A stretch of 64,000 bases of DNA from Acidimicrobiia bacterium (GTDB lineage Bacteria > Actinomycetota > Acidimicrobiia > Spongiisociales > UBA5794), in contig JBFINP010000003.1 of NCBI GenBank assembly GCA_041611095.1, forward strand, positions 2,800-66,799. The letters are read 5' to 3'. The translations under genes were made by a program, and so were the position numbers. The notes under the pieces are model-generated. The model searched no databases, had not been told where the DNA came from, and was given only the letters and a program-made list of their open reading frames with translations. This document shows, one piece after another, positions 29,792-37,296 of the stretch; position 1 is the first letter of the stretch; every line of letters begins with the position of its first letter.

Positions 29792-29940
29792 GTGCGCATC
29801 GGGTCCGGCTCACGAAGGATGGCCCGGTCGGCGGCGAACGGGGTCAGGTCGATGGCGGTCGCACCGTCGACGACGAGATCGGCGAGGACCCGGCCGAGGA
29901 GCGAGGCGAACTTGAGGGCGTGGCCGGCACCAGACGGCGA
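29779..29940 (-). pseudogene. Start-less C-terminal relic (about 53 codons) of a sarcosine-oxidase/DAO-family FAD oxidoreductase
   Basis: My translation immediately after the zf-UBP TAG, in the same frame, reads SPSGAGHALKFASLLGRVLADLVVDGATAIDLTPFAADRAILREPDPMRTYMV*. This matches the SGHGFKF...G..LA.L...G.T..DL..F C-terminal block of the MSOX/SolA family. There is no ATG/GTG/TTG start until 6 codons before the stop. GC3 is still high. Confidence 0.6.
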
Positions 29941-30219
29941 CTACGCCGACTCCACGTCGAGCAGGGTCGCCCCGTGCTCGTAGCAGTAGGCCCACATCTC
30001 GCCCGGCTCTGCCGACCGGATCACCCGATGTCCCTCGGCTCTGGCGTGCTTGGAGGCATGCTGGTTCGGCGAGTCGTCGCAGCAGCGCACACCACCGCAT
30101 GCGACGCAGAAGCGCAGGTGGACCCACTCGTCGCCCGCGGCGAGACACTCGATGCAGCCTCCCTCGGGGGCCGGCCCTGGCCTGACGGCCATCAGGTCGA
30201 CACACGGCTTCGTCCTCAA
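29941..30219 (-). CDS. UBP-type zinc-finger (zf-UBP) domain protein
   Basis: CIECLAAGDEWVHLRFCVACGGVRCCDDSPNQHASKHARAEGHRVIRSAEPGEMWAYCY shows the Cys/His pattern of bacterial stand-alone zf-UBP proteins. Confidence 0.75.
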   Translation of the reverse strand: MRTKPCVDLMAVRPGPAPEGGCIECLAAGDEWVHLRFCVACGGVRCCDDSPNQHASKHARAEGHRVIRSAEPGEMWAYCYEHGATLLDVESA

Positions 30220-30285
30220 TGGTCCTCCTCGTTGAATCCACCTTATGCGTTCGCAGCCGCGGAGGTTTCGGCAATCGTGGCGACG

Positions 30286-31341
30286 TCAGCGGCCGAACTG
30301 CTCCGGCAGCAGCAGGCAAGAATCACCGAACTCATGCCATAGGTAGCCGCCGGCCAATGCCGCCGCGTAGGCGTCGGCGACGAGCTCGGCGCCTGCGACT
30401 GCTTCGAGGAGCTTCAGGTGCGACGCTTCCGGTGGGTGCCACCCGGTGATCAGCCCGTCGACGACCCTGCTGGGTCGCTCGCCGCTCATCACCAGGTCCG
30501 TCCAGCCGGAACCCGGAGCAACCCAGCCGTCGGGAGTGGCAACCGTCTCGAGCGCCCTCGTCACCGTGGTCCCGACGGCGACGACACGCCGGCCGGCACT
30601 CCGAGTGCGGTTGACGGCGTGGGCCGTCTGTGGCGTCACCAGGAACCGCTCCGGCTGGGGCGCCTCATGTGCCTCCTGTGAGGACACGCCCGCATGCAGC
30701 TCGATGGTGGCGATCCCGATGCCGCTGTGGCTGAGTCGATCGACGAGCCGACGGGTGAACGGTCGCGCCGCGCTGGGCATCTCGGCGCTGCCCGGCCAGC
30801 GCCGCAGATCCCCAAAGATGGTCTGATAGTGCTCGAGTGCCCACTCGCCGGCGACGTAGGCGTAGCTGATAGGGCGTCCATGTCTTCGGAGGTGGCGGCG
30901 TAGCCCACCTGGGATGGCGAGCCGGGCGCGCCACAGGCGGCCGGCGCCCGAGTCGACCGAGTCGAGGAGCAGTAGCCGGCCGCGTCTGAGCCGGACGTTG
31001 TCGCCGGGAGACGCCGACAAGATCGGGCCCGAGCGGTCAGGCCGGCGAAGTTCGATCACCCACGTCTCGGGGTCGAGCGGCGTGGAGAAGTGCACAACCA
31101 CGCTGCGGTGGAGCCACGTTCCGTCGACGGCCGCCGGCATGGTCGGGCTCGTGTTGACCACGAGGAGATCGCCCGGCTCGAGGTGTGCTCCGAGACGCCG
31201 GAAGTGTGTATCGACGGTGCCGGTCGGACGGGCGACCAGGAGCCGCACCTCGTCTCGGCGGAGGCCCCGGGCCTCCGCGGGCTCCGCTGCCACCAGCTCG
31301 GCGGGGAGCGCGAACTCGAAGTGCGCTGTTGCGGGCATCAC
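30286..31341 (-). CDS. queA: Divergent S-adenosylmethionine:tRNA ribosyltransferase-isomerase (QueA)-like protein
   Basis: FEFALPAELVAAEP...RDEVRLLV, GDLLVVNTS, RVVAVGTTVTRALE, LITGWHPPEASHLKLLEAVAG and WHEFGDSCLL are collinear with QueA. The central blocks (canonical GHMPLPPYI and APTAGLHF) are degenerate. Its start overlaps the SDR stop by 4 nt. Confidence 0.75.
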   Translation of the reverse strand: MMPATAHFEFALPAELVAAEPAEARGLRRDEVRLLVARPTGTVDTHFRRLGAHLEPGDLLVVNTSPTMPAAVDGTWLHRSVVVHFSTPLDPETWVIELRRPDRSGPILSASPGDNVRLRRGRLLLLDSVDSGAGRLWRARLAIPGGLRRHLRRHGRPISYAYVAGEWALEHYQTIFGDLRRWPGSAEMPSAARPFTRRLVDRLSHSGIGIATIELHAGVSSQEAHEAPQPERFLVTPQTAHAVNRTRSAGRRVVAVGTTVTRALETVATPDGWVAPGSGWTDLVMSGERPSRVVDGLITGWHPPEASHLKLLEAVAGAELVADAYAAALAGGYLWHEFGDSCLLLPEQFGR

Positions 31342-32021
31342 TCGGCGTGGGCCATGAAGTCAGCCGCGCTGTACCGGCCGCTCGGTGGCGCCAATCGGAG
31401 GAGCTCGAGCAGCGCCGGCACGACGGTCGCCGGCAACGGTCGATCCGAGATGTCCTCTCCGGGAAACGCCGCTTGGTGCATATCGGTTCTCATGTCGCCG
31501 GGATCGAACGCGTAGATCCTCAGACGGGGATGCTCTGCGGCGAGCACGGCGCTGAGCTGGTCGAGTGCAGCCTTCGACGCTCCGTAGCCACCCCAGCCCG
31601 GGTAGGCCTCGACTGCTGCATCCGAACTGAGGTTGACGATCACGCCGCTGCGTCGCTTCAGCGCCGGCAGCAAGGCCTGGGTCAGCCCGAGCGGGGCCGT
31701 TACGTTCACGTCGAGAATCTCACCGAATTCCTGTGCCGAGAGCTCGGCCAACGGTGGAAGCGGGCTCGGGCCGAGGCGGCTTGCGTTGTTCACGAGCAGG
31801 TCGAGTCCTCGGCCGACGGCTTCGGCGACCTGCCCTCGGTGGACTGGGTCCGCAACGTCGCCTTCGATGATCGTCACGCCGGTCGGGATCTGAGCGGCGG
31901 TCGCTTCCAACGTCGCCCTGGTCCGTCCGGTGATGACCACATTCCAGCCCCGGCGGCAGAGCTCGATGGCGAGGGCTCGTCCAAAGCCGCGGGAGCCTCC
32001 CGTGACGACTGCTGATGACAT
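31338..32021 (-). CDS. Short-chain dehydrogenase/reductase (SDR)
   Basis: Trimmed to ATG 32021 behind GGAGG. MSSAVVTGGSRGFGRAL (TGxxxGxG), NNAS, and YGASKAAL (YxxxK). Confidence 0.9.
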   Translation of the reverse strand: MSSAVVTGGSRGFGRALAIELCRRGWNVVITGRTRATLEATAAQIPTGVTIIEGDVADPVHRGQVAEAVGRGLDLLVNNASRLGPSPLPPLAELSAQEFGEILDVNVTAPLGLTQALLPALKRRSGVIVNLSSDAAVEAYPGWGGYGASKAALDQLSAVLAAEHPRLRIYAFDPGDMRTDMHQAAFPGEDISDRPLPATVVPALLELLRLAPPSGRYSAADFMAHAE

Positions 32022-32060
32022 GATGAACCTCCGGTGATACGTGGATGTCGACAAGGTACA

Positions 32061-32080
32061 ACTTGAAGTTGACTTCAAGT
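32061..32080. promoter_or_regulatory. SoxR-box palindrome ACTTGAAGT-TG-ACTTCAAGT inside a 19-bp-spacer promoter for the SDR/QueA-like operon
   Basis: Perfect 9-bp arms. On the minus strand, -35 TTGACT (32083-32078), an exactly 19-nt spacer (32077-32059) and -10 TACCTT (32058-32053) give the over-long spacer typical of MerR/SoxR-activated promoters. On the plus strand, TTGAAG (32063-32068), a 17-nt spacer and GATAAT (32086-32091) sit 7 nt before the soxR ATG, which suggests a leaderless mRNA. Confidence 0.75.
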
Positions 32081-32098
32081 CAAGAGATAATCCTCGAC

Positions 32099-32554
32099 AT
32101 GGAGGACGTCCTCACCATCAGCGAGGTAGCCACGCGAAGCGGGTTCTCCGCCTCGGCCCTGCGCTTCTACGAGAAGGAAGGCCTCATCACGGCAACCAGG
32201 ACCTCCGGGGGCCAGCGCCGCTTCCACCGCCACGAGCTGCGCCGCCTCGCTTTCATCGCCGCCGCCCGGCACGTCGGATTGACCTTGGACGAGATAGGCG
32301 AAGCGCTGGACCTGCTCCCGTCAGGTCGCACGCCGACGAAAGCCGACTGGTCCAAGATCACGCGCTCGTGGCGGAAGCGGCTCGACGAGGAGATCGCTGC
32401 GCTGGAGAGTCTGCGGGACGGGCTCGACAGCTGCATCGGCTGCGGCTGCCTGACACTGCAACGCTGCCGGCTGAGCAACCCGGCCGACATCGCCGCAACG
32501 AGGGGCTCAGGAGCCGTCTACCTCCCGAAACCGCTCCATCCCGACGCCGACTGA
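32099..32554 (+). CDS. soxR: Redox-sensitive MerR-family transcriptional activator SoxR
   Basis: Trimmed to ATG 32099. The HTH region is LTISEVATRSGFSASALRFYEKEGLI, and the [2Fe-2S] motif CIGCGCLTLQRCRLSNPAD is diagnostic of SoxR. Confidence 0.9.
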   Translation: MEDVLTISEVATRSGFSASALRFYEKEGLITATRTSGGQRRFHRHELRRLAFIAAARHVGLTLDEIGEALDLLPSGRTPTKADWSKITRSWRKRLDEEIAALESLRDGLDSCIGCGCLTLQRCRLSNPADIAATRGSGAVYLPKPLHPDAD

Positions 32555-32676
32555 CCCAGCTGGTCCATCCGGGCACTCACGGACCACGACGTCGAACCCG
32601 GTGCTGCCCCAGACCGAGGGGGAGCTCGGCACGAGGTGAGCCGCGTGGTTCGTCGACTGCTCCACGAGGTCCGTCG

Positions 32677-33447
32677 TCACTCCGGCGTGACGTACGCCGC
32701 CGAGATGCCGCCGTCGACGAGGAACTCGGTGCCGGTGACGTAGGAGGACTCGTCGGATGCGAGGAACAACGCCGCTTCCGCCATCTCCTCGGCGAGCCCG
32801 AAGCGTCCCATCGGGAGGTGCACCAACCGCCGCTGTCGCTTGGCGTCGGTGTCGAGGAACTTCATCAGGAGCTCGGTCTGGAGCGGACCGGGGCACAGCG
32901 CGTTCACCCTGATGCCCTCGCGGGCATGCACCACGGCCAGCTCCCGGGTCATCGAGAGCACCGCACCTTTCGATGCCGTGTAAGCGAGTTGAGGAGTGGC
33001 CGCACCCATGCGGGCCACGAACGACGCGGTGTTGATGATCGACCCGCCTCCCGCCTCACGGATCGCCGCTATGCCGAACTTGCACCCGAGGAACACGCCC
33101 TTGACGTTGACGGCGAAGGTCCTGTCCCACGTCTCCAAGTCCGTGCCTACCGCATCGGAGTCGTCCGACAGCATGATCCCGGCGTTGTTGAAGAGCACAT
33201 GGAGTGCGCCGTACCTACTCGTTGCCGCTTCGACCATGCGCTCACAGTCCTCCGGGGTGGAAACGTCGGCGCGGACGGCGAGAGCCCAGTCGGCACCGAT
33301 CTCGTCCCCAACCTGCTCCACGGCGGCCTCGTCGATATCGACCAGCACCACGGCGGCCCCCTCCTCGGCGAAGCGAAGCGCCGACGCTTTCCCGATCCCG
33401 CTTCCTGCTCCCGTGATCAGGGCGACCTTGCCGTCGAGTCGACCCAT
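32677..33447 (-). CDS. Short-chain dehydrogenase/reductase (3-oxoacyl-ACP reductase/glucose dehydrogenase-like)
   Basis: GKVALITGAGSGIGKA, NNAG and YTASKGAV are classical SDR motifs. Confidence 0.9.
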   Translation of the reverse strand: MGRLDGKVALITGAGSGIGKASALRFAEEGAAVVLVDIDEAAVEQVGDEIGADWALAVRADVSTPEDCERMVEAATSRYGALHVLFNNAGIMLSDDSDAVGTDLETWDRTFAVNVKGVFLGCKFGIAAIREAGGGSIINTASFVARMGAATPQLAYTASKGAVLSMTRELAVVHAREGIRVNALCPGPLQTELLMKFLDTDAKRQRRLVHLPMGRFGLAEEMAEAALFLASDESSYVTGTEFLVDGGISAAYVTPE

Positions 33448-33456
33448 CGTGTCCTC

Positions 33457-34821
33457 CTAGATCCGCTCGAAGTAGCGGCGGCGTTCCCAGTCGGTCACTG
33501 CGGCGTCGAAAGCATCGGCCTCGGTCGCGAAGAAGTGCGAGTAGTGCCGGTGCACGTCGCCGCCCAGGAACGATTCGGCGAACTCGCTGGCTCGGAATCG
33601 ATCGGTCGCGTCTCGCAGCGTCGTCGGCAGAGCGTCGAGATGGTCGGCCTCGTACATGTCGCCTACGAAAGGCTCGGGCATCGTCAGCCCCTCCTCGATC
33701 CCTTCTGCTCCCGCTGTAAGCAGCGCGGCATACGCCAGGTACGGGTTGCAGTCGGCGCCGGGCACCCGACACTCCACCCGCAGGCTCTCACGCTCGCCGA
33801 CGACCCTCAGCGCCGCGGTGCGGTTGTCCCGGCTCCACGCCAGCCGGGTCGGCGCCCACGAGCCGTGCTCGAAGCGTTTGTACGAGTTGATGGTGGGCGC
33901 CAGCAGGACCGTGATCTCCGGGAGTCGGCGCAACAGCCCGGCCACGAACCCTCCGAACTCGGCCGACGCCTCAGCACCGTCGGCGAACGCATTTTGCCCC
34001 TCCCGCCACAGGCTCAAGTGCATGTGGCAGCTCGAGCCCGCCTGGCCGGCGAAGGGTTTCGCCATGAACGTGGCGCTGATCCCGGCGGCATCGGCGATCT
34101 CCTTCATCGCCTCCTTCATCACGGTATGGCGGTCGGCCATCTGGTCGACGGCCGTGTATTTGATGTTCATCTCGTGCTGACCGCGTCCCCATTCCCCCTT
34201 CGAGTTCTCCACCGGAATGCCGGATCGAGCGAGATGGCGGCGAACTGCCCGGTTGTAGAACTCCTCGCGAGTGCCCTGCAGGATGTTGTAGTCCTCCAAA
34301 TACCACCCGAGGGGCGTGAGGTCGGCGTACCCTTGCTCGGCTGCCTGGCGATAGGAGTCGGTGAACAGGTAGTACTCGAGCTCCGACGCCGCCATCGCCG
34401 TGAGCCCGGATCCGGCGAGCCTCTCCACGGCACGCCGCAGCACCGTCCGCGGCGCCGGCGCCACATCGCCATGCCCCGTGGTGTGGAGATCGCACAGCAC
34501 CAGGGCCGTGGCCTCGAGCCACGTGGCCCGCCGCATCGTGGCCAGGTCGGGGACCATGTGGAAATCGCCGTAGCCGAGCTGCCAGTTGGCGAACTCGTAG
34601 CCGGGAACGGGCTCCATGTCGATGTCGGTGGTCAACAAGTAGTCGCAGCCATGGGTACCGGCGGAGGCAACGTGCTCGACGAAGAAGCTCGCATCGAAGC
34701 GCTTGCCCATGAGCCGTCCGTAGTGGTCGGGGAAAGCGACGATGACGGTGTCGATCTCGTCCGCCCCGGCGGCGCGCCGCAGGGCGTCGAGGCTCAGGTG
34801 AGGTTCGGTCTCGGCGGCCAT
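33457..34821 (-). CDS. Glutamine synthetase-family ligase (GlnA-like, gamma-glutamyl-amine synthetase type)
   Basis: Only the last 454 codons of the 648-aa ORF look real. ATG 34821 sits behind GAGGAG. Motifs NSKGEWGRGQHEMN, AGSSCHMHLSLW, NSYKRF and RDNRTAALRV are GS catalytic motifs. Confidence 0.9.
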   Translation of the reverse strand: MAAETEPHLSLDALRRAAGADEIDTVIVAFPDHYGRLMGKRFDASFFVEHVASAGTHGCDYLLTTDIDMEPVPGYEFANWQLGYGDFHMVPDLATMRRATWLEATALVLCDLHTTGHGDVAPAPRTVLRRAVERLAGSGLTAMAASELEYYLFTDSYRQAAEQGYADLTPLGWYLEDYNILQGTREEFYNRAVRRHLARSGIPVENSKGEWGRGQHEMNIKYTAVDQMADRHTVMKEAMKEIADAAGISATFMAKPFAGQAGSSCHMHLSLWREGQNAFADGAEASAEFGGFVAGLLRRLPEITVLLAPTINSYKRFEHGSWAPTRLAWSRDNRTAALRVVGERESLRVECRVPGADCNPYLAYAALLTAGAEGIEEGLTMPEPFVGDMYEADHLDALPTTLRDATDRFRASEFAESFLGGDVHRHYSHFFATEADAFDAAVTDWERRRYFERI

Positions 34822-34977
34822 GGCGCTCCTCGGGTCGGGGGGCAAGATACCGGCCGGGCGTTGAGGATGCCTTTCACCGGCGGCGGTGATGCTCGGCCCA
34901 GGACCGGGCCTTCGGACTCTTGGCAGGCCGAGGCGGCTGCGGTACAACGTCTTCACGACGCCACAAGGGAGGGTGTC

Positions 34978-35295
34978 ATGGCGGCGCAACCATCGCGACC
35001 AACGGGCAAGGAACCGCTTCGGGATGCGGCTCTGGAGCGAGCCGAGGAAGAGGCCGAGGGCGTAGCGGCCTTCGGCACGCCCCCGTCGATCGCCGGGGAA
35101 GTGGCCGAGCGCGAAGAGGCCCAGGGCGTTGAGGTGTTCGAGGACCCGGACGGCGTGATCCCGCGCGTCGAGCTGAGGAACGGCGCTCCAGGGGAGGAGA
35201 GTCTCGATCCGGACCGGCTCGGGCTCGACGATACGCTCGGGGAGGACGCCTACGACGCCGGCGTGCCGGAGTATCCCGAGGACCTGGAGCCCTAG
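34978..35295 (+). CDS. Small acidic hypothetical protein (105 aa)
   Basis: This is the tail of the spurious 1084-aa ORF. ATG 34978 sits behind GGGAGGG (34968-34974). It has high GC3 and is very Glu/Asp-rich (…EEEAEGVAAFGTPP…PEYPEDLEP). No recognisable family. Confidence 0.5.
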   Translation: MAAQPSRPTGKEPLRDAALERAEEEAEGVAAFGTPPSIAGEVAEREEAQGVEVFEDPDGVIPRVELRNGAPGEESLDPDRLGLDDTLGEDAYDAGVPEYPEDLEP

Positions 35296-35299
35296 CCGG

Positions 35300-36043
35300 C
35301 TACTCCACCTTCCACTGGCCCGGACAGCCCTCGCACTCCTGCCACCCCTGGATCGGTGGGGGACCGCTGAGTCGCACCTCGCCGTCGACCCGCCGGAGCG
35401 CACCGAGGAGCGTGCCCTGGGCCGTCGTCACGACCACGAGCTTCGTTCCTCGCTCGCCCATGCGATCGACCAGAGGCTGCAGCAGACCGTTCGGCCGGAC
35501 CGTGGTCGGCCCCGGCTCCATCACGTCGACCACGATGGCTACGTCGTCCTCGTCCCACGCCCCGTTACGGAGCCGTCCGACGACCGTATCGCCGCAGTCG
35601 ACGACCATGCACTCGTCCCAGGCGGCCGCGAAGGTCCGCCGACGGACCTCACCGATCGACTCGTCAGGGGTGCAGGTGGGCACGTCATCGCGGGCGGCGT
35701 CCATCACTCGCAGAACCGGCGCCGCCGTCCCTTCCATCGGGAGCCCCGCCGCCTTCCAGTCGGCGATGCCGAGGATGTAGTCGTAGACCTCTTCGAACCC
35801 AAGTGCTTCGAGCCGGCACGCGGCTCGCGGAGACATGTCTCACAAGCCGTCGTGTCAATAGACGACGACGGGTTTGTCCCGTCGTAGCTGCTCCGTCGTC
35901 GCCGCATCGAGCGTCTTCAGCGGGATGTTGACGGCACCGGGGATGTGACTCTCGGCGTACTCCCGTGCCGGCAGTACGTCCACGACGGTGGCGCCCTCGT
36001 CGATGAGCACCTCGAGGGTCGAGCGATCGATGGCGGTGACCAC
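35300..36043 (-). CDS. Rhodanese domain + CBS-pair protein, single reading frame interrupted only by two in-frame TGA codons (35855-35857, 35840-35842): candidate selenoprotein (U-x4-U) or very recent pseudogene
   Basis: GTG 36043 sits behind GAAGGAGGA (36049-36057). Translation: MVTAIDRSTLEVLIDEGATVVDVLPAREYAESHIPGAVNIPL...DKPVVVY-TGA-HDGL-TGA-DMSPRAACRLEALGFEEVYDY..ADWKAAGLP, then two CBS motifs. The ORF track splits this into 35855..36745 and 35300..35836. There is no frameshift between the halves. Confidence 0.55.
35810..35826 (-). other. SECIS-like hairpin 2, downstream of TGA#2
   Basis: The mRNA GAGCCG-CGUGC-CGGCUC forms 6 perfect bp with a 5-nt G/U-containing loop beginning 20 nt after UGA#2. 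It shares 5 nt with the 3' arm of hairpin 1, so the two folds are mutually exclusive. Confidence 0.35.
35822..35848 (-). other. SECIS-like hairpin 1, downstream of TGA#1 and containing TGA#2 in its 5' arm
   Basis: The mRNA GGCUUGUGAGA-CAUG-UCUC(C)GCGAGCC forms 11 bp (2 G-U pairs, 1 bulged C). The apical loop begins 18 nt after UGA#1. Confidence 0.35.
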
Positions 36044-36054
36044 GGCGTCCTCCT

Positions 36055-36525
36055 TCAGTAGGTCGATGGGAACCGGGTGCGGAAGTCGATGACGTTGACC
36101 CAGTCGGGCCGGACGGTGATGCGCGCCATACCGCGCATCGTGGCGTTCGCACGGTCGCGAAACCGGGCTCCGTCGGCCGGGCCCAGGTAGCGGAGCGCCG
36201 CATCGGCGTACTCGGGAACGGCGCCCTCGACGATCGTCACGTGCGCGTCGCCGCGCACGCCGAGGATCGCGTATGGAGCAGTCTCGGAGTCGATGGTGAC
36301 CGCAGCCCGCGGGTTGGTCTGGAGCGCCTCGACCTTGGGTGATGCCCCGGCGGCGCCGAACACCAGCTCGGTGCCGTTCCACGCAAACCACATGGGGCTG
36401 ACGCGAGGCGTGCCGTCGAGGGCGATGTACCCCAGGCGGGCCGGGATCGCCGAGCTCAGCAGCTCGACCGCGACGGGGTGCCGGAGCAGGGCGAGATCTC
36501 CCTGAGGCAGCGTGTCGAGCGTCAT
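36055..36525 (-). CDS. Pyridoxamine 5'-phosphate oxidase (PPOX)-family, probably F420/FMN-dependent, protein
   Basis: GYIALDGTPRVSPMWFAWNGTELVFGAAGASPKVEALQTNPRAAVTID is the PPOX split-barrel pattern. The start overlaps the upstream stop by 4 nt. Confidence 0.85.
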   Translation of the reverse strand: MTLDTLPQGDLALLRHPVAVELLSSAIPARLGYIALDGTPRVSPMWFAWNGTELVFGAAGASPKVEALQTNPRAAVTIDSETAPYAILGVRGDAHVTIVEGAVPEYADAALRYLGPADGARFRDRANATMRGMARITVRPDWVNVIDFRTRFPSTY

Positions 36526-36830
36526 CGGTCGGCCCCCGTGAGTGCGGCCGTGATCTGCTCGACGGTCGGTGAGCCGGCCGGACCTTCCGGCGTCTGGTAG
36601 ATGCGGCAGGAGAGCCCGACGGGTGCGCCGGGGTCGGCGAACGGGTCGACGCCGTCGAGGAGGATCGTCGGTGAGCCGTGGAAGGCGATGGCCTCTGCCA
36701 TCTCCGGCGTTGCCACGAGCTCGACCCGTACGTGGGCCGGGACACCGGTGGCTTCGACGGCGCGCTCGACTCGTTCGATCGTGGTGAGCCAGTTGGGGCA
36801 GTCGTTGAAGTGTTGCAGCGTGATCTGCAT
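36522..36830 (-). CDS. Small thioredoxin-fold protein (Thioredoxin_3-like) with CPNW in place of CxxC
   Basis: Trimmed to ATG 36830 behind GGAGG. MQITLQHFNDCPNW...VRVELV...AIAFHGSPTILLDG follows the beta-alpha-beta...cis-Pro layout of small redox-active Trx-like proteins. Confidence 0.7.
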   Translation of the reverse strand: MQITLQHFNDCPNWLTTIERVERAVEATGVPAHVRVELVATPEMAEAIAFHGSPTILLDGVDPFADPGAPVGLSCRIYQTPEGPAGSPTVEQITAALTGADR

Positions 36831-36841
36831 CCCGACCTCCG

Positions 36842-37231
36842 TCATGTGGTGGTGCGAGCTCGGGCGCTGTACTCGGAGAGTGCAGCCGTGAGCTGGTCGA
36901 GGCGTGCCGCGTTGATCGAGTAGTAGCTCCACCGGCCGCGCTTCTCCCGGTCGATGACGCCTGCGTCGAGCAGCGCTTTGAGGTGGTAGCTGACCGTCGA
37001 CTGCGCCAGCGGCAGGTGGCGTTCCACGTCCACCACGCACACGGGCTCGCCGGCGGAGTCGATCAGATGGACGATCGCCATCCGGTAGGGGTCTCCCAGC
37101 GCCCCGAACGCCTCGGCGAGGTCCTCGGCGCGGAGCGCATCGATCGGTTGGGCATCGAGCGCCACACAGCACGGCACCTCCGTGTCGCACTCACAGACGA
37201 CTCGAGCCAGCTTGGACGAAGATTGCATCAT
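36842..37231 (-). CDS. ArsR/SmtB-family metal(loid)-responsive repressor with Cys-rich N-terminus
   Basis: Trimmed to ATG 37231. The N-terminus CECDTEVPCC, then FGALGDPYRMAIVHLI...PVCVVDV...LAQSTVSYHLKAL, which is the ArsR wHTH. Confidence 0.9.
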   Translation of the reverse strand: MMQSSSKLARVVCECDTEVPCCVALDAQPIDALRAEDLAEAFGALGDPYRMAIVHLIDSAGEPVCVVDVERHLPLAQSTVSYHLKALLDAGVIDREKRGRWSYYSINAARLDQLTAALSEYSARARTTT

Positions 37232-37235
37232 GACA

Positions 37236-37265
37236 GAATAAATCGAAAACTCTCGATGTTTATTC
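37236..37265. promoter_or_regulatory. AT-rich imperfect inverted repeat (candidate ArsR operator) in the arsR/merB divergent region
   Basis: GAATAAATCGA-aaactc-TCGATGTTTATTC. The arms are complementary apart from a 2-nt insertion. It is the only AT-rich stretch in a GC-rich neighbourhood and lies between divergent starts 37231 and 37297. Confidence 0.55.
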
Positions 37266-37296
37266 CGGTGCACCACGCTGAGGAGAATGAGTTGCC

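Noticed and set aside
32555-32676. GFDVVV-containing minus-strand reading, considered as the missing N-terminal half of the relic oxidoreductase at 29779-29940
   Set aside because: No GxGxxG dinucleotide-binding motif follows (the sequence reads GFDVVVRECPDGPAG). The similarity is too short to be meaningful.
32041-34977. Bulk of the 1084-aa plus-strand ORF 32041..35295
   Set aside because: It is antisense to the SDR and glutamine-synthetase-like genes and has no motifs. Only its last 105 codons, which have their own RBS, are kept as a possible small acidic protein.
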